From an uncultured Lachnospiraceae bacterium (GTDB lineage Bacteria; Bacillota; Clostridia; Lachnospirales; Lachnospiraceae): a stretch of DNA of 64,000 nucleotides. The position numbers and the translations under genes were made by a program. Under the pieces are notes generated by a model that did no database searches, was not told where the DNA came from, and worked only from the letters and a program-made list of their open reading frames with translations. The stretch covers positions 1 through 64,000 of the forward strand of contig CATLLF010000008.1 of assembly GCA_950022375.1 (NCBI GenBank), read 5' to 3'. Positions 1 to 9,623 of the stretch are shown here, one piece after another (the stretch's first letter is position 1; each line of letters begins with the position of its first letter).

Positions 1-44
1 TGAATTTTGTACTCCATGTCATATTTCCGTTGCTCTTTTGCCAT
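1..44 (-). CDS. 5' end of an unidentified gene running off the left edge (N-terminus MAKEQRKYDMEYKI...)
   Basis: Minus-strand ATG at 44 preceded by GGAGG (plus 52-56) at about 7 nt. Only 14 codons are visible, so no product call. Confidence 0.3.
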   Translation of the reverse strand, partial: MAKEQRKYDMEYKI

Positions 45-216
45 TTTAGTTGCCTCCTTATTTCTCTTTGATTATACATCAATTCCTTGCGTTTGAGGTG
101 TCAACTAAAATGATACAACATCATTTCCTATGAAATAAAAATGCTCTGCAGGATTCTTTTTTATCGAATTCACGTTATTTATTTTTTTCCTTTGCGATAT
201 ATTTCCTTGATATAGA

Positions 217-252
217 AAATGCCTGCATTCCAAAATGCAATACAGGCATTTT
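217..252 (-). terminator. Imperfect hairpin flanked by A-run and T-run, probable intrinsic terminator for paralog 1 (303..2306)
   Basis: aaaatgcctgcatt-ccaaa-atgcaatacaggcatttt, 50 bp past the stop of the minus-strand gene. Confidence 0.35.
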
Positions 253-302
253 CCACATTAAATTTCAGATATTTCACTAGTCTGCTTGACAGGGGAGCAG
301 TT

Positions 303-2306
303 TTATTGTTTGGTATCTGTTTCGTTGGTGGACGGCTTGGAGCAAATTGTTTCTGTTACAACATTTCCACCACCGACATTGATGGTAACTTCAACTTTAA
401 CATAATATTCGCCTGCTTTAGTTACAGTATATTCTGCGTCTTTCGTTTCAGCTACTTTTCCGTCAGCATCGTACCATGTGTAGGTAACGATTGTCCATAT
501 ATTTGCTGGCTCAACAGCAGCTTTTAAAACGATGGATGTCACTGCAGAGCCAGATACAGTTTCAACTTGATTTTCTGTTACTGTAGCAACTCCATTGAGA
601 ATATCAACAGAAATACCTGTGATGGCAGAAGAAGAAACAGGAGTAGTGATCTCACTTCCCTTAGTGATTGTCACAATAGGAAGAGGAGGCTCAATTATTG
701 GTCCATCTTCTGTCTTAATGGAAAGTTTAACATCAAATTCAGAAATAACCTCTTCACCCTTCTTTACAGTAAGAGTAATTGTTGTTTCATTAGCAATCTC
801 ACTGGAGGAAGCTGTGACAGTAAAGTCTTTATCATCTTCGCCTAAAGTGAAGTTGATTATACCAGTTGTTCCGGCATTAAGTTCAATTATAGAATTTTCC
901 TTGGTTGCAGAACCTGTCTGAGCCGTTTCGCCTTCGCCTACAGTCCAAATTACTGTGCCGGAGAATTCTGTTTCTGGATCTGGTGTTGATGGAGGTGTTG
1001 CCGGAACCATCGGAGCTTCTGGAGTCGGTTCTGGATCAGTTGTTACGGTGGAACTTTCGCCCGGCTTTACGGTTGTAGGGTTATTCCCATCAAGGTCTGT
1101 ATTAACAATTTCTTTGTCTGTATTGTTGGTGGTATCTACCTTAACACCTTCGTCAGCGCGGATTACGGTATTTTCTGCACCTTTGTTTGCCTCAACCTTA
1201 ACGTCTGCTTTTGCACTTACTTCAACAGCAACTTCTGTTGTGATCTCAGCGCCTGCCGCTTCCTTCTCAACGTTTACTTTTACATTGGCTGCTTCGCCGG
1301 TAATGGTAGTTTTAACTGGTTTTAGAAGATTGATAATCGCTTCTACCGCTGCTTTTGCCGTCTCAATAATAACATCAGCGTTTACATCTACAACGAGTTT
1401 TACTTCAGCGGAAATTTTTGTGCCTGCTGCGCTTTCTTCAATAACAACCGGAACAGCTTTTTCTGTATTGCCGCTGATGTTTACATCGCCTTTTGCAGCA
1501 ATATTTACACTGGAAATGCTTCCGCCAACGCCAACAATGTTAAGCTTTGGAGTTGCAGAAGAGATTGTTTTTGGTGCAAATATTATGTTTTTAATCTGTG
1601 CTTTATCCCCTACAACAAGTCTTGCATTTGGTGCTGTAATATGGAAAAGGTTGCCGATGGCACGTTCAAAAAATGTGGATTTTTTGATCTGTTCTACATT
1701 GATCTGCTTAAAACGGCCAAAGTTTGTAACTTCTGCATTTGGAGCATTTACCGTAAGAGTTCTGCGGGTATAGTTGTAAGGATTGATTGTAAAGTTCGTT
1801 TCTTTGTCAGTTTTAATTACAATATCGGTGCAGTCGCGGTTTGCAAGAGCAGCGTTTAACTGGCTCTGGGAACGAGCTACCGCATAGCCTTCTTTCTCGC
1901 TTACCACATTGATTTTTACCCAACTGGTAGAAGCAGTTATGTATTTTGCATTCGCAATTTTGTCTTTTTTCCATGCTTCCATTGTTTTTGTGTTTGTAAA
2001 TGCCAGAGCGCGGATCTCAAAGCTACCCGCATAAACAGGATACATGTAGCCGTAGCGGGACGAAACAACGCTTGCTGTGTTTGTAGCCTGGTTTACTTCC
2101 CACCATACAACGCCGGTGGTGCTGCCTTTGCCAAGTTTGGTCTGGATGATTTCCGGGTCAAAGTTGAAAAAGTTTTCCTCGGAATCAAGATTGATTGTGT
2201 TTCCCTTCGGCAGTTCTTTGATGCCGAGTTTTGTGATGTCATTTTTCTGTGCCGCCGCAATAACCAGACTTGTCGGTGCTGCTATGGCAAGCAGCATTGC
2301 GAACAC
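303..2306 (-). CDS. Secreted surface protein, paralog 1 of 3 (conserved N-terminal domain, Pro/Thr linker, C-terminal Ig-like domain). Ancestral initiator is ATA here.
   Basis: 667-aa ORF >70% identical over the N-terminal ~450 aa to the products of 2683..4388 and 5773..7776 (AAQKNDITKLGIK...GVVWWEVNQ...YPVYAGSFEIRALAF...ANRDCTDI). The in-frame codon that aligns with the paralogs' Met (preceded by AAAGGAG) is ATA at 2337-2339. The longest ORF starts at a GTG inside the signal peptide. Confidence 0.6.
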   Translation of the reverse strand: MFAMLLAIAAPTSLVIAAAQKNDITKLGIKELPKGNTINLDSEENFFNFDPEIIQTKLGKGSTTGVVWWEVNQATNTASVVSSRYGYMYPVYAGSFEIRALAFTNTKTMEAWKKDKIANAKYITASTSWVKINVVSEKEGYAVARSQSQLNAALANRDCTDIVIKTDKETNFTINPYNYTRRTLTVNAPNAEVTNFGRFKQINVEQIKKSTFFERAIGNLFHITAPNARLVVGDKAQIKNIIFAPKTISSATPKLNIVGVGGSISSVNIAAKGDVNISGNTEKAVPVVIEESAAGTKISAEVKLVVDVNADVIIETAKAAVEAIINLLKPVKTTITGEAANVKVNVEKEAAGAEITTEVAVEVSAKADVKVEANKGAENTVIRADEGVKVDTTNNTDKEIVNTDLDGNNPTTVKPGESSTVTTDPEPTPEAPMVPATPPSTPDPETEFSGTVIWTVGEGETAQTGSATKENSIIELNAGTTGIINFTLGEDDKDFTVTASSSEIANETTITLTVKKGEEVISEFDVKLSIKTEDGPIIEPPLPIVTITKGSEITTPVSSSAITGISVDILNGVATVTENQVETVSGSAVTSIVLKAAVEPANIWTIVTYTWYDADGKVAETKDAEYTVTKAGEYYVKVEVTINVGGGNVVTETICSKPSTNETDTKQ

Positions 2307-2621
2307 AAGGAAAAATGCCAGTCCTTTTTTTCTGCTTATAAAAGCTCCTTTCTGGTTGGGATATCAGACAAAAAAGTGTTCTGTTTGCATGATATTATAA
2401 TGATTACATAAATAAACTATTTATATTATACCACATTTGGATAATTTATGAAACAGAAAAAATTCATAAATTTTAAAGGAATTTGTAAGAAAATATGACG
2501 AAAAATAGATAGGGGCTTTTGGGGATTTGTTAAAGTTTTCAAAGAGAGTGGGGGAGAAGAAGCGAAATCAAGTAGGAAAAAAAGAAATTTTTTTATGTGC
2601 TGTTTTAGGGCAAAAGATTAG

Positions 2622-2651
2622 CGCCCGCTGCTGGAAAAGCAGCGGACGCGA
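2622..2651 (-). terminator. GC-rich hairpin downstream of paralog 2 stop
   Basis: gcgcccgctgctgg-aaaa-gcagcggacgcg immediately 3' of the minus-strand gene ending at 2683. A-run on the plus strand 5' of it. Confidence 0.3.
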
Positions 2652-2682
2652 AAAGATTTTTAATATTTACCTGTAAGAAAAG

Positions 2683-4388
2683 TTACTGGTTAGTACCTTC
2701 TGTATTTTCGGTATCTTCTGGAGTTTCTGTATCAGTAGATGGTGCATTGGAAGGAATATCCGTTCCGTTTACTGTTACAACAACATGATAAGTAGTCGTT
2801 CCAGCTTCTTTTACTTCAACAACATAGGTATTTTTTGTTGCTCCTTCGATTGCTGCGGTTGTGTCACCGTTATTAGCAAACCACTGATAAGAAGGCGCTG
2901 TATTTTCTGGAACACCTTCAACAACAGCTGTTAAGGTTACTTTACCAGATACAGAAGAACCAGATACAGCAGAAGCAACTACAGTAACAACACCATCATT
3001 TACATTAGAAACTGTAATGGAAGAACCACTAACAACCTCACTTGACTCACCTGTAACCTTTACAGAAATTTTTACAGGATCAATAGGGGTTGGTTCTGGA
3101 GTTGGAGTTGGTGTTGATGGAGGTGTTGCTGGAAGCAATGGTGCATCTGGAGTCGGTTCTGGAGCGGTTGTTACAGTTGCGCTCTCGCCCGGCTTTACAG
3201 TTGTAGCATTGTTTCCATCAAGGTCTGTATTGACGATTTCTTTATCTGTATTGTTGGTAGTATCTACCTTAACACCTTCGTCAGCACGGATTACAGTATC
3301 CTCTGCACCCTTGTTTGCCTCAACCTTAACGTCAGCCTTTGCATTAACTTCAACAGTAACTTCTGTTGTAATCTCAGCGCCAGCTGCTTCCTTCTCAACG
3401 TTTACAGTTACGTTAGTAGCCTCGCCTGTGAGAGCGGTCTTAACTGGCTTAAGAAGGTTGACAATAGCTTCTACAGCAGCTTTGATAATAACGTCAGCGT
3501 TTACATCTACAACGACTTTTACTTCAGCGGAAATATTTGCACCTGCTGCGCTCTCCTCAACAACAACTGGAACAGGTGCTGTTGTTGCGCCGCTGATGGT
3601 TACATTGCCCTTAGAAGCGATGCTTACATTCTTAACCTGAGCCTTCTCTGCTACGACAAGTCTTGCATTCGGAGCAGTAAAGCGGAAGAAGTTGCCGATT
3701 GCACGCTCAAAGAATGTGTTGTCTTTGATTTCTTCTACATTGATCTGCTTAAAACGACCAGAGTTGTCAACGTCTGCATTCGGAGCCTTTACGGTCAGAG
3801 TTCTGCGAGTATAGTTGTAAGGCTTGATTGTAAATGTGATTTCTTTATCAGTATCGATTACGATATCTGTACAGTCACGGTTTGCAAGGGCAGAATTTAA
3901 CTGGCTCTGGGAACGAGCTACCGCATATCCTTCCTTCTCACTTACTACATTGATTGTTACCCAGCCTGTAGAAGCAGTGATGTACTTTGCATTTGCAACT
4001 TTGTCCTTTTTCCATGCTTCCATAGTCTTTGTGCTTGTGAAAGCAAGAGCACGGATCTCAAAGCTGCCTGCATAAACAGGGTATACATGTCCGTAGCGGG
4101 AGGAAATAACGCCTGCGGTGTTAGTATCCTGATTTACTTCCCACCATACAACACCAGTGGTGCTGCCTTTGCCAAGTTTGGTCTGGATAATTTCAGGATC
4201 GAAGTTGAAAAAGTTTTCCTCGGAGTCGAGAATGATTGTGTTTCCCTTCGGCAATGCTTTGATGCCGAGTTTTGTGATGTCATTTTTCTGTGCAGCTACG
4301 GCTGAAACTGCCGGGCTTGTCGGTACTGCCATCGCAAGCAGCATTACGAACACAAGAAAAAATGCCAATCCTTTTTTCCTGTTCATGT
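2683..4388 (-). CDS. Secreted surface protein, paralog 2 of 3
   Basis: ORF 2683..4419. Likely start MNRKKGLAFFLVFVMLLAMAVP at the ATG ending at 4388, preceded by AAAGGAG. Signal peptide, conserved N-terminal domain, PT-rich linker (PEPTPDAPLLPATPPSTPTPTPEPTP), C-terminal Ig-like domain. Confidence 0.75.
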
Positions 4389-4776
4389 TCAAAATCTCCT
4401 TTCTGGTTGTTTGGATCATTGTTTAGTTTCTTTTTGTCCTCCTTCCCCATAAAATGAGTTTATCCGCCTGCAAAATGACTTAACCTATGTACAAAGATAT
4501 AGAAATTGTAAATCTCATAATGCATAAAACGGACTTTTTTAATTATACTGTATATAAGCCATGAATGCATATAGGGAAATTTCACAAATTTTAGATAAGA
4601 TTATCAGACACAATACATAAAAATAGTTAAGATATGGAATAAGAATAGGGAAAATTTGGGTAGTATGGATGTTACTAGAAAAGACAGAAAAATCGGAGTT
4701 GGATGTAAAATACTAAAATTGGGATAATATTACTTATTATAACTAATTTATATTTGCAAACAGGGGGAGATTTTTT

Positions 4777-5676
4777 ATGCAGCATGAAAATGATTACGGA
4801 TACATACGAGAATGTGAAAAAATACCACTTTCTTTTCCGCCGCAGCATCAAGATCGACAACCAGGATTTGAATATTTCATGGAGCCGAAACCAATATCGA
4901 AACGAGCTTGGCACGAAAAAAAGTTAAGAGGAAAAACAGCGGTTATTACAGGAGGAGACAGCGGAATTGGAAGGGCTGTTGTCTATGATTTTGTCAGGGA
5001 AGGTGCGTATGTTGCGATAATATATTACGATGAAGAACAAGATGCAAAAGAAACTGCAGATAAGGTTAGACAAATGGGCGGAGAATATTTGTTGATCAAG
5101 GGAGATTTAAAAGAGCGATGTTTTATTAAAGAGTGTATTGATTGTGTGATAAAACGTTTTGGGAAAATTGATATTCTGGTCAACAATCATGCAGTTCAAT
5201 TTGTACAGCAGAGTATTCTTGATATTTCGCCAGAACAATTAACGCTGGTATTTCAAAATAATATTATTTCGTATTTTTACTTGATACAAGCTGCTTTGCC
5301 CTACATGAAAGAAGGGAGCAGTATTATCAATACAACGTCGGTAACAGCATACGAAGGAAATAAAGAATTAATCGATTACAGTGCAACAAAAGGAGCAGTG
5401 GTTTCTCTGACAAGGTCTCTGGCGCTTTCTCTAGTTGAGAGAGGAATCCGTGTAAATGCTGTTGCGCCTGGTCCAATCTGGACTCCTTTGATTCCGGCTT
5501 CTTATTCGGCAGAAGCGGTTTCCACTTTTGGTCGAAAAACATCGCGGGTGCCGATGATGCGGGCAGGTCAGCCTTGTGAGGTTTCGCCTTGTTATGTTTT
5601 TCTTGCGTCGGATGATGCTTCTTATATGACAGGGCAGGTAATGCATCCAAATGGCGGAACGATTGTCGGATCGTAA
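4777..5676 (+). CDS. SDR-family NAD(P)-dependent oxidoreductase (YhdF/YghA-like)
   Basis: TGGDSGIGRA Rossmann motif, NNHA, and YSATKGAV (YxxxK catalytic motif). N-terminal extension typical of the YhdF/general-stress-protein subgroup. Confidence 0.85.
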   Translation: MQHENDYGYIRECEKIPLSFPPQHQDRQPGFEYFMEPKPISKRAWHEKKLRGKTAVITGGDSGIGRAVVYDFVREGAYVAIIYYDEEQDAKETADKVRQMGGEYLLIKGDLKERCFIKECIDCVIKRFGKIDILVNNHAVQFVQQSILDISPEQLTLVFQNNIISYFYLIQAALPYMKEGSSIINTTSVTAYEGNKELIDYSATKGAVVSLTRSLALSLVERGIRVNAVAPGPIWTPLIPASYSAEAVSTFGRKTSRVPMMRAGQPCEVSPCYVFLASDDASYMTGQVMHPNGGTIVGS

Positions 5677-5691
5677 AATTTTTTGTTGAAT

Positions 5692-5726
5692 CCCCTATCC
5701 CTGGTAGGATAGGGGATTTTTTTGAT
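5692..5726 (+). terminator. Intrinsic terminator between the SDR gene and paralog 3; possibly bidirectional
   Basis: cccctatcc-ctggtag-gataggggatttttttg, with an A/T run on the 5' side too. Confidence 0.7.
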
Positions 5727-5772
5727 TCCATAAGAGGAATGCTACAGGGGGGCATTCTGGTAATTCACCATT

Positions 5773-7776
5773 TTATGGAGTTGTGTTCGTTCCTCCGCCG
5801 GAAGAATCTGCGGCGGGAATTGTCTGCGTTGTGCCATCTGCCAGTTTTATTGTTACTTGAACGAAGTAAGCTGTTGTACCTGCCTCGTTGACAGTAACCG
5901 TACAAGAAGCGGAAGTAGAAACTGGAGTTGTACCTCCTTCCAGATACCAGCTGTAGGAAGTTACTGTTGCGCCCTCTGGGAGACCTTCAACGTCTGCAGT
6001 CATTGTAACAGATGCAGAACCAGTGATAGAACCACCAGTTACAACAGCAGATGTGGTTATTGTAACAGCGTTGCCATTTACAACTGGATTTGCAGTAATA
6101 GAAGAACCTGTGGAAACAGATACATTTGTTGTAACCTTTACGGTTGGGGATGTAGGCTCTGGTTCTTCCGGTGTACCGCTCGGAGAAGGAGACGGCTCTT
6201 CTGGTGTACCGCTAGGGGAAGGAGACGGCTCTTCTGGTGTACCGCTAGGAGAAGGAGACGGCTCTTCTGGTGTACCACTAGGAGAAGGAGACGGCTCTTC
6301 TGGTGTACCACTAGGAGAAGGGGACGGCTCTTCTGGTGTACCGCTAGGAGAAGGAGACGGCTCTTCTGGTGTACCACTTGGAGAAGGAGACGGCTCTTCC
6401 GGCGTACCGCTCGGAGTTGGTTCCGGTGTTGGAGTGGATGGGTTCGATGGTGTTGATGGATTGGATGGTGTAGATGGCGTTTCGGTTGGTGTTGTTACAG
6501 TGGTGTTCTCACCTGGCTTTACAGTAGAAGCATTGTTGCCGTCCAGATCTGTGTTGACAATTTCCTGATCTGTTTTGTTATCGGCCTCTACTTTAACACC
6601 TGCGTCCTGACGGATTACCGTATTTTCAGCACCCTTGTTTACTTCCAGCTTTATATCAGCTTTTGCGCTGACTTCAACAGCAACTTCTGTTGTGATTTCA
6701 GCACCTTTCGCTTCCTTCTCAACATTTAATTTAACGTCGGAAGCCTCGCCGCGGATCGCTGCTTTTACTGGTTTTAACAGGTTGATAATGCTTTCTACTG
6801 CCGCTTTTGCAGCTTCAATTACAACATCAGCATGAACATTCAGTACTACTGTTACCTCTGCTGCAACTTTTGCACCAGAAGCAGTTTCCTCGACAACAAC
6901 CGGAACAGCTTCTTTTGTGCTGCCGCTCAATGTTACCTCACCTTTTGCAGCGATGCTGACATTGGAAATGCTTCCGCCACCGCCGACAATATTAAGCTTT
7001 GGAGCAGCGATTGCAGAACTCGGTGCGAAAGTTACATTTTTCACTTGCGCTTTGTCTGCGACAACAAGTCTTGCGTTCGGTGCAGTAAAGCGGAAGAAGT
7101 TACCAACCGCACGCTCAAAGAACGTAGAGTCTTTGATCTGTTCTACATTGATCTGCTTAAAACGGCCGGAGTTGTCAACATCCGCATTTGGAGCGTTGAT
7201 GGTCAGTGTTCTGCGGGTGTAGTTGTAAGGCTTGATAATAAAATTGGTTTCCTTGTCTGTCACGATATGGATGTCGGTGCAGTCGCGATTTGCAAGAGCC
7301 GCATTTAACTGGCTCTGTGTGCGCGCTACAGCATATCCTTCCTTATCGCTTGTCACTTGGATTTTTACCCATTCGGTAGAAGCAGTGATGTACTTTTCAC
7401 CGGCAACTTTATCTTTTTTCCACGCATTCATGTTCTTTGTATTTGCGAATGCCAGAGCGCGGATTTCAAAGCTGCCTGCATAGACAGGGTATACATGTCC
7501 GTAACGGGAAGATATAACCCCGGTGGTATTGGTCTGCTGGTTTACTTCCCACCAGACGATGCCTGTTGTTTTTCCTTTTCCAAGCTTGGTCTGAATAATC
7601 TGGGGATCGAAATTAAACGAGTCTCCAACTGCCATTGTATTATTTTTTGGCAGTACTTTGATACCAAGCTTTGTGATGTCGTTTTTCTGTGCTGCAGATG
7701 TCGGAACAGATGGAACCGTCATTGCGAGCATCATAACAAATACGAGGAAAAACGCCAATCCCTTCTTTTTGCTCAT
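5773..7776 (-). CDS. Secreted surface protein, paralog 3 of 3 (contains an 8x PSPSPSGTPEE linker)
   Basis: ATG at 7776 preceded by AAAGGAG. MSKKKGLAFFLVFVMMLAMTVP signal peptide. Same conserved N-terminal and central domains as paralogs 1 and 2. The Pro-rich linker is expanded to 8 tandem 11-aa units. C-terminal Ig-like domain. Confidence 0.8.
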   Translation of the reverse strand: MSKKKGLAFFLVFVMMLAMTVPSVPTSAAQKNDITKLGIKVLPKNNTMAVGDSFNFDPQIIQTKLGKGKTTGIVWWEVNQQTNTTGVISSRYGHVYPVYAGSFEIRALAFANTKNMNAWKKDKVAGEKYITASTEWVKIQVTSDKEGYAVARTQSQLNAALANRDCTDIHIVTDKETNFIIKPYNYTRRTLTINAPNADVDNSGRFKQINVEQIKDSTFFERAVGNFFRFTAPNARLVVADKAQVKNVTFAPSSAIAAPKLNIVGGGGSISNVSIAAKGEVTLSGSTKEAVPVVVEETASGAKVAAEVTVVLNVHADVVIEAAKAAVESIINLLKPVKAAIRGEASDVKLNVEKEAKGAEITTEVAVEVSAKADIKLEVNKGAENTVIRQDAGVKVEADNKTDQEIVNTDLDGNNASTVKPGENTTVTTPTETPSTPSNPSTPSNPSTPTPEPTPSGTPEEPSPSPSGTPEEPSPSPSGTPEEPSPSPSGTPEEPSPSPSGTPEEPSPSPSGTPEEPSPSPSGTPEEPSPSPSGTPEEPEPTSPTVKVTTNVSVSTGSSITANPVVNGNAVTITTSAVVTGGSITGSASVTMTADVEGLPEGATVTSYSWYLEGGTTPVSTSASCTVTVNEAGTTAYFVQVTIKLADGTTQTIPAADSSGGGTNTTP
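6161..6424 (-). repeat. 33-bp tandem repeat x8 (coding; PSPSPSGTPEE units inside paralog 3)
   Basis: ggctcttctggtgtaccgctaggagaaggagac repeated head-to-tail with a few synonymous/third-base differences. Confidence 0.9.
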
Positions 7777-8291
7777 AGTGCAAAAATCTCCTTTCTTGGT
7801 TTTGTTTGGAATAAAACCGTATTACTTTGCCCTCCATATTTTGCGGAAGTAATCTAATTGCTCTTGCAAATGAAGCCGCCGCAGGGCGCAATTTAGATGT
7901 ATTTTCATTATACAACATAGTTCTTCTTTCTATCTACGGCACGAATTCACAAATTTACAGAAAAATCCAATTAAGAAATTTTGCATAACATCCAACGGAC
8001 TTCTTTCAGAACAACAGATAGTTTTATGCATGTTCCATTTATGCATAAATTCTTTGGCTGGAGTATATAAGCGATAAAAATACTTAATGGAAAAACTAAG
8101 AAAAGCATTTCTTGTATTGCAGTTACACTGTGAAAATTTATTTTTTAAAGGTGTGTATGGAAATTGAGATGTAGTTGTGGTAAAAATTTTGGCGAGTGCT
8201 TATGATTTATACAGAAAACTCTTGTAATGAGGACTTTTTTTTAATATAATTTATTATGATAAAGAATAATTTTATCAAGAGGGAGAACAAA

Positions 8292-9164
8292 ATGGAAGAG
8301 ATGGAAGAATGTATTGCGAAACGCAGGATAAAGGATAGTATTTTTACAAACCTTTTTGGAGAGAAAAAATATTTGATACAACTTTACCGTACCATTCATC
8401 CTGAGGATATAAGGACGACAGAGAGCGAGCTTACTGACATTACCATAAAAAATATTTTAACAGATGGACTTTACAATGATTTGGGGTTTCGGGTTGGGAA
8501 TAAGGTTGTGATTCTTGTGGAAGCTCAATCTACTTGGACAATGAATATTATTGTTCGGATATTGATGTACTTGGTTCAGACTTATCATAATTATTTTGAA
8601 CATGAAAAAATGGATTTGTACAGCAGCAAAAAAATACAGCTTCCAAAGCCGGAATTGTATGTGATTTACACAGGCGAAAGAACAGCAAGACCAGATATTA
8701 TTTCTCTTTCGGAAGAATTTTTTGACGGACAGGGATCTGCTGTTGAGGTGAAAGTAAAAATGCTCTATGGTGAAAAAGGAAATGATATTATCAGTCAGTA
8801 TGTAAATTTTACAAAAGTGTATAATGAGCAACTGAAACAGTATGGCAGAACCAGAAAAGCAGTTATGGAAACCATTCGAATTTGTAAAAATAAGAATGTG
8901 TTAAAGGAATATCTTGAAGCCAGAGAAAAGGAGGTTGTAATAATTATGATGGCATTATTTGACGAAGAACAAGTTATGCGAAATTATGTAGCAAGAAAAG
9001 AAAAAGAAGCTGTTGAGAGAGCGACAGAAGAAACGGCACGGGAAACAGCAATAAAAATGCTGAGGTCGGGAAAATTTTCTGTGGAGGAAGTTGCGGAGTA
9101 TATTACAAAGTTGTCCATTGACGATATTAGAGAAATTGAAGCTGATCTAATAAACTGCGGATAA
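8292..9164 (+). CDS. Rpn/YhgA-like PD-(D/E)XK recombination-promoting nuclease (putative transposase family)
   Basis: About 290 aa from the ATG after AGAGGGAG. IFTNLF...GLYNDLGF...VVILVEAQS resembles the D...(I/V)E(V/A)Q core of Rpn-family proteins. Charged C-terminal helical tail (EEVAEYITKLSIDDIREIE) is typical of the family. Confidence 0.55.
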   Translation: MEEMEECIAKRRIKDSIFTNLFGEKKYLIQLYRTIHPEDIRTTESELTDITIKNILTDGLYNDLGFRVGNKVVILVEAQSTWTMNIIVRILMYLVQTYHNYFEHEKMDLYSSKKIQLPKPELYVIYTGERTARPDIISLSEEFFDGQGSAVEVKVKMLYGEKGNDIISQYVNFTKVYNEQLKQYGRTRKAVMETIRICKNKNVLKEYLEAREKEVVIIMMALFDEEQVMRNYVARKEKEAVERATEETARETAIKMLRSGKFSVEEVAEYITKLSIDDIREIEADLINCG

Positions 9165-9623
9165 AAAATGGTTTTTCGATGTAAAAAAGAAAAATTTTTA
9201 ACCGTAACTTTAAAAAGAAACTGCGGCAGAATAACAAGAAGTTTTGTATTTTGCAACGGTTTCTTTTTAAGTTTGAAGGATTCTTATTTTGTAGTAAAAA
9301 AATATTTTTAAATTTAACAAACAGAATCATACATTTTAAATAATAAAGAAAAGATTTAAAAATAAAAAGATATTTTTGATATAAAATGCAAAATATACTT
9401 GTAATTTTTTATTGGATTCGATAAAATATACCTTGGGTATGATAACGAACAATGGAAATCATTACATGTTCTTCTGCCAAAAAAGTTTTTTTGACGATTT
9501 TTAAAAAGTGCGCTGTAGTGCCAGAGAAAGCTTTTGATATAAAGAATAAACATGTAGTGTAAATCAGATTTTAGAGTTCTTGGACGAAAAAAGCAGTTTG
9601 CAGGAAAGGACACAATCGAAAAG

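Noticed and set aside
219-527. Plus-strand ORF overlapping the paralog 1 terminator and 3' end
   Set aside because: Starts inside a terminator hairpin, has no RBS, and overlaps a well-supported gene on the other strand.
955-3640. Long plus-strand ORFs 955..1773 and 3017..3640 rich in S/T/A/V
   Set aside because: Antisense to paralogs 1 and 2; they are mirror ORFs of low-complexity coding sequence, with no start context.
6161-6424. Possible CRISPR array, because of regular direct repeats
   Set aside because: Units are contiguous with no unique spacers, are in-frame coding sequence of a surface protein, and no cas genes are nearby.
5857-6568. Plus-strand ORFs 5857..6456 and 6023..6568 and minus-strand ORF 6138..6377, with strikingly repetitive translations (RRRRLFWCTA..., GSSGVPLGEGD..., LLLAVHQKSR...)
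   Set aside because: They are alternative-frame or antisense read-throughs of the 33-bp tandem repeat inside the real minus-strand gene 5773..7776. No RBS, and composition is driven entirely by the repeat.
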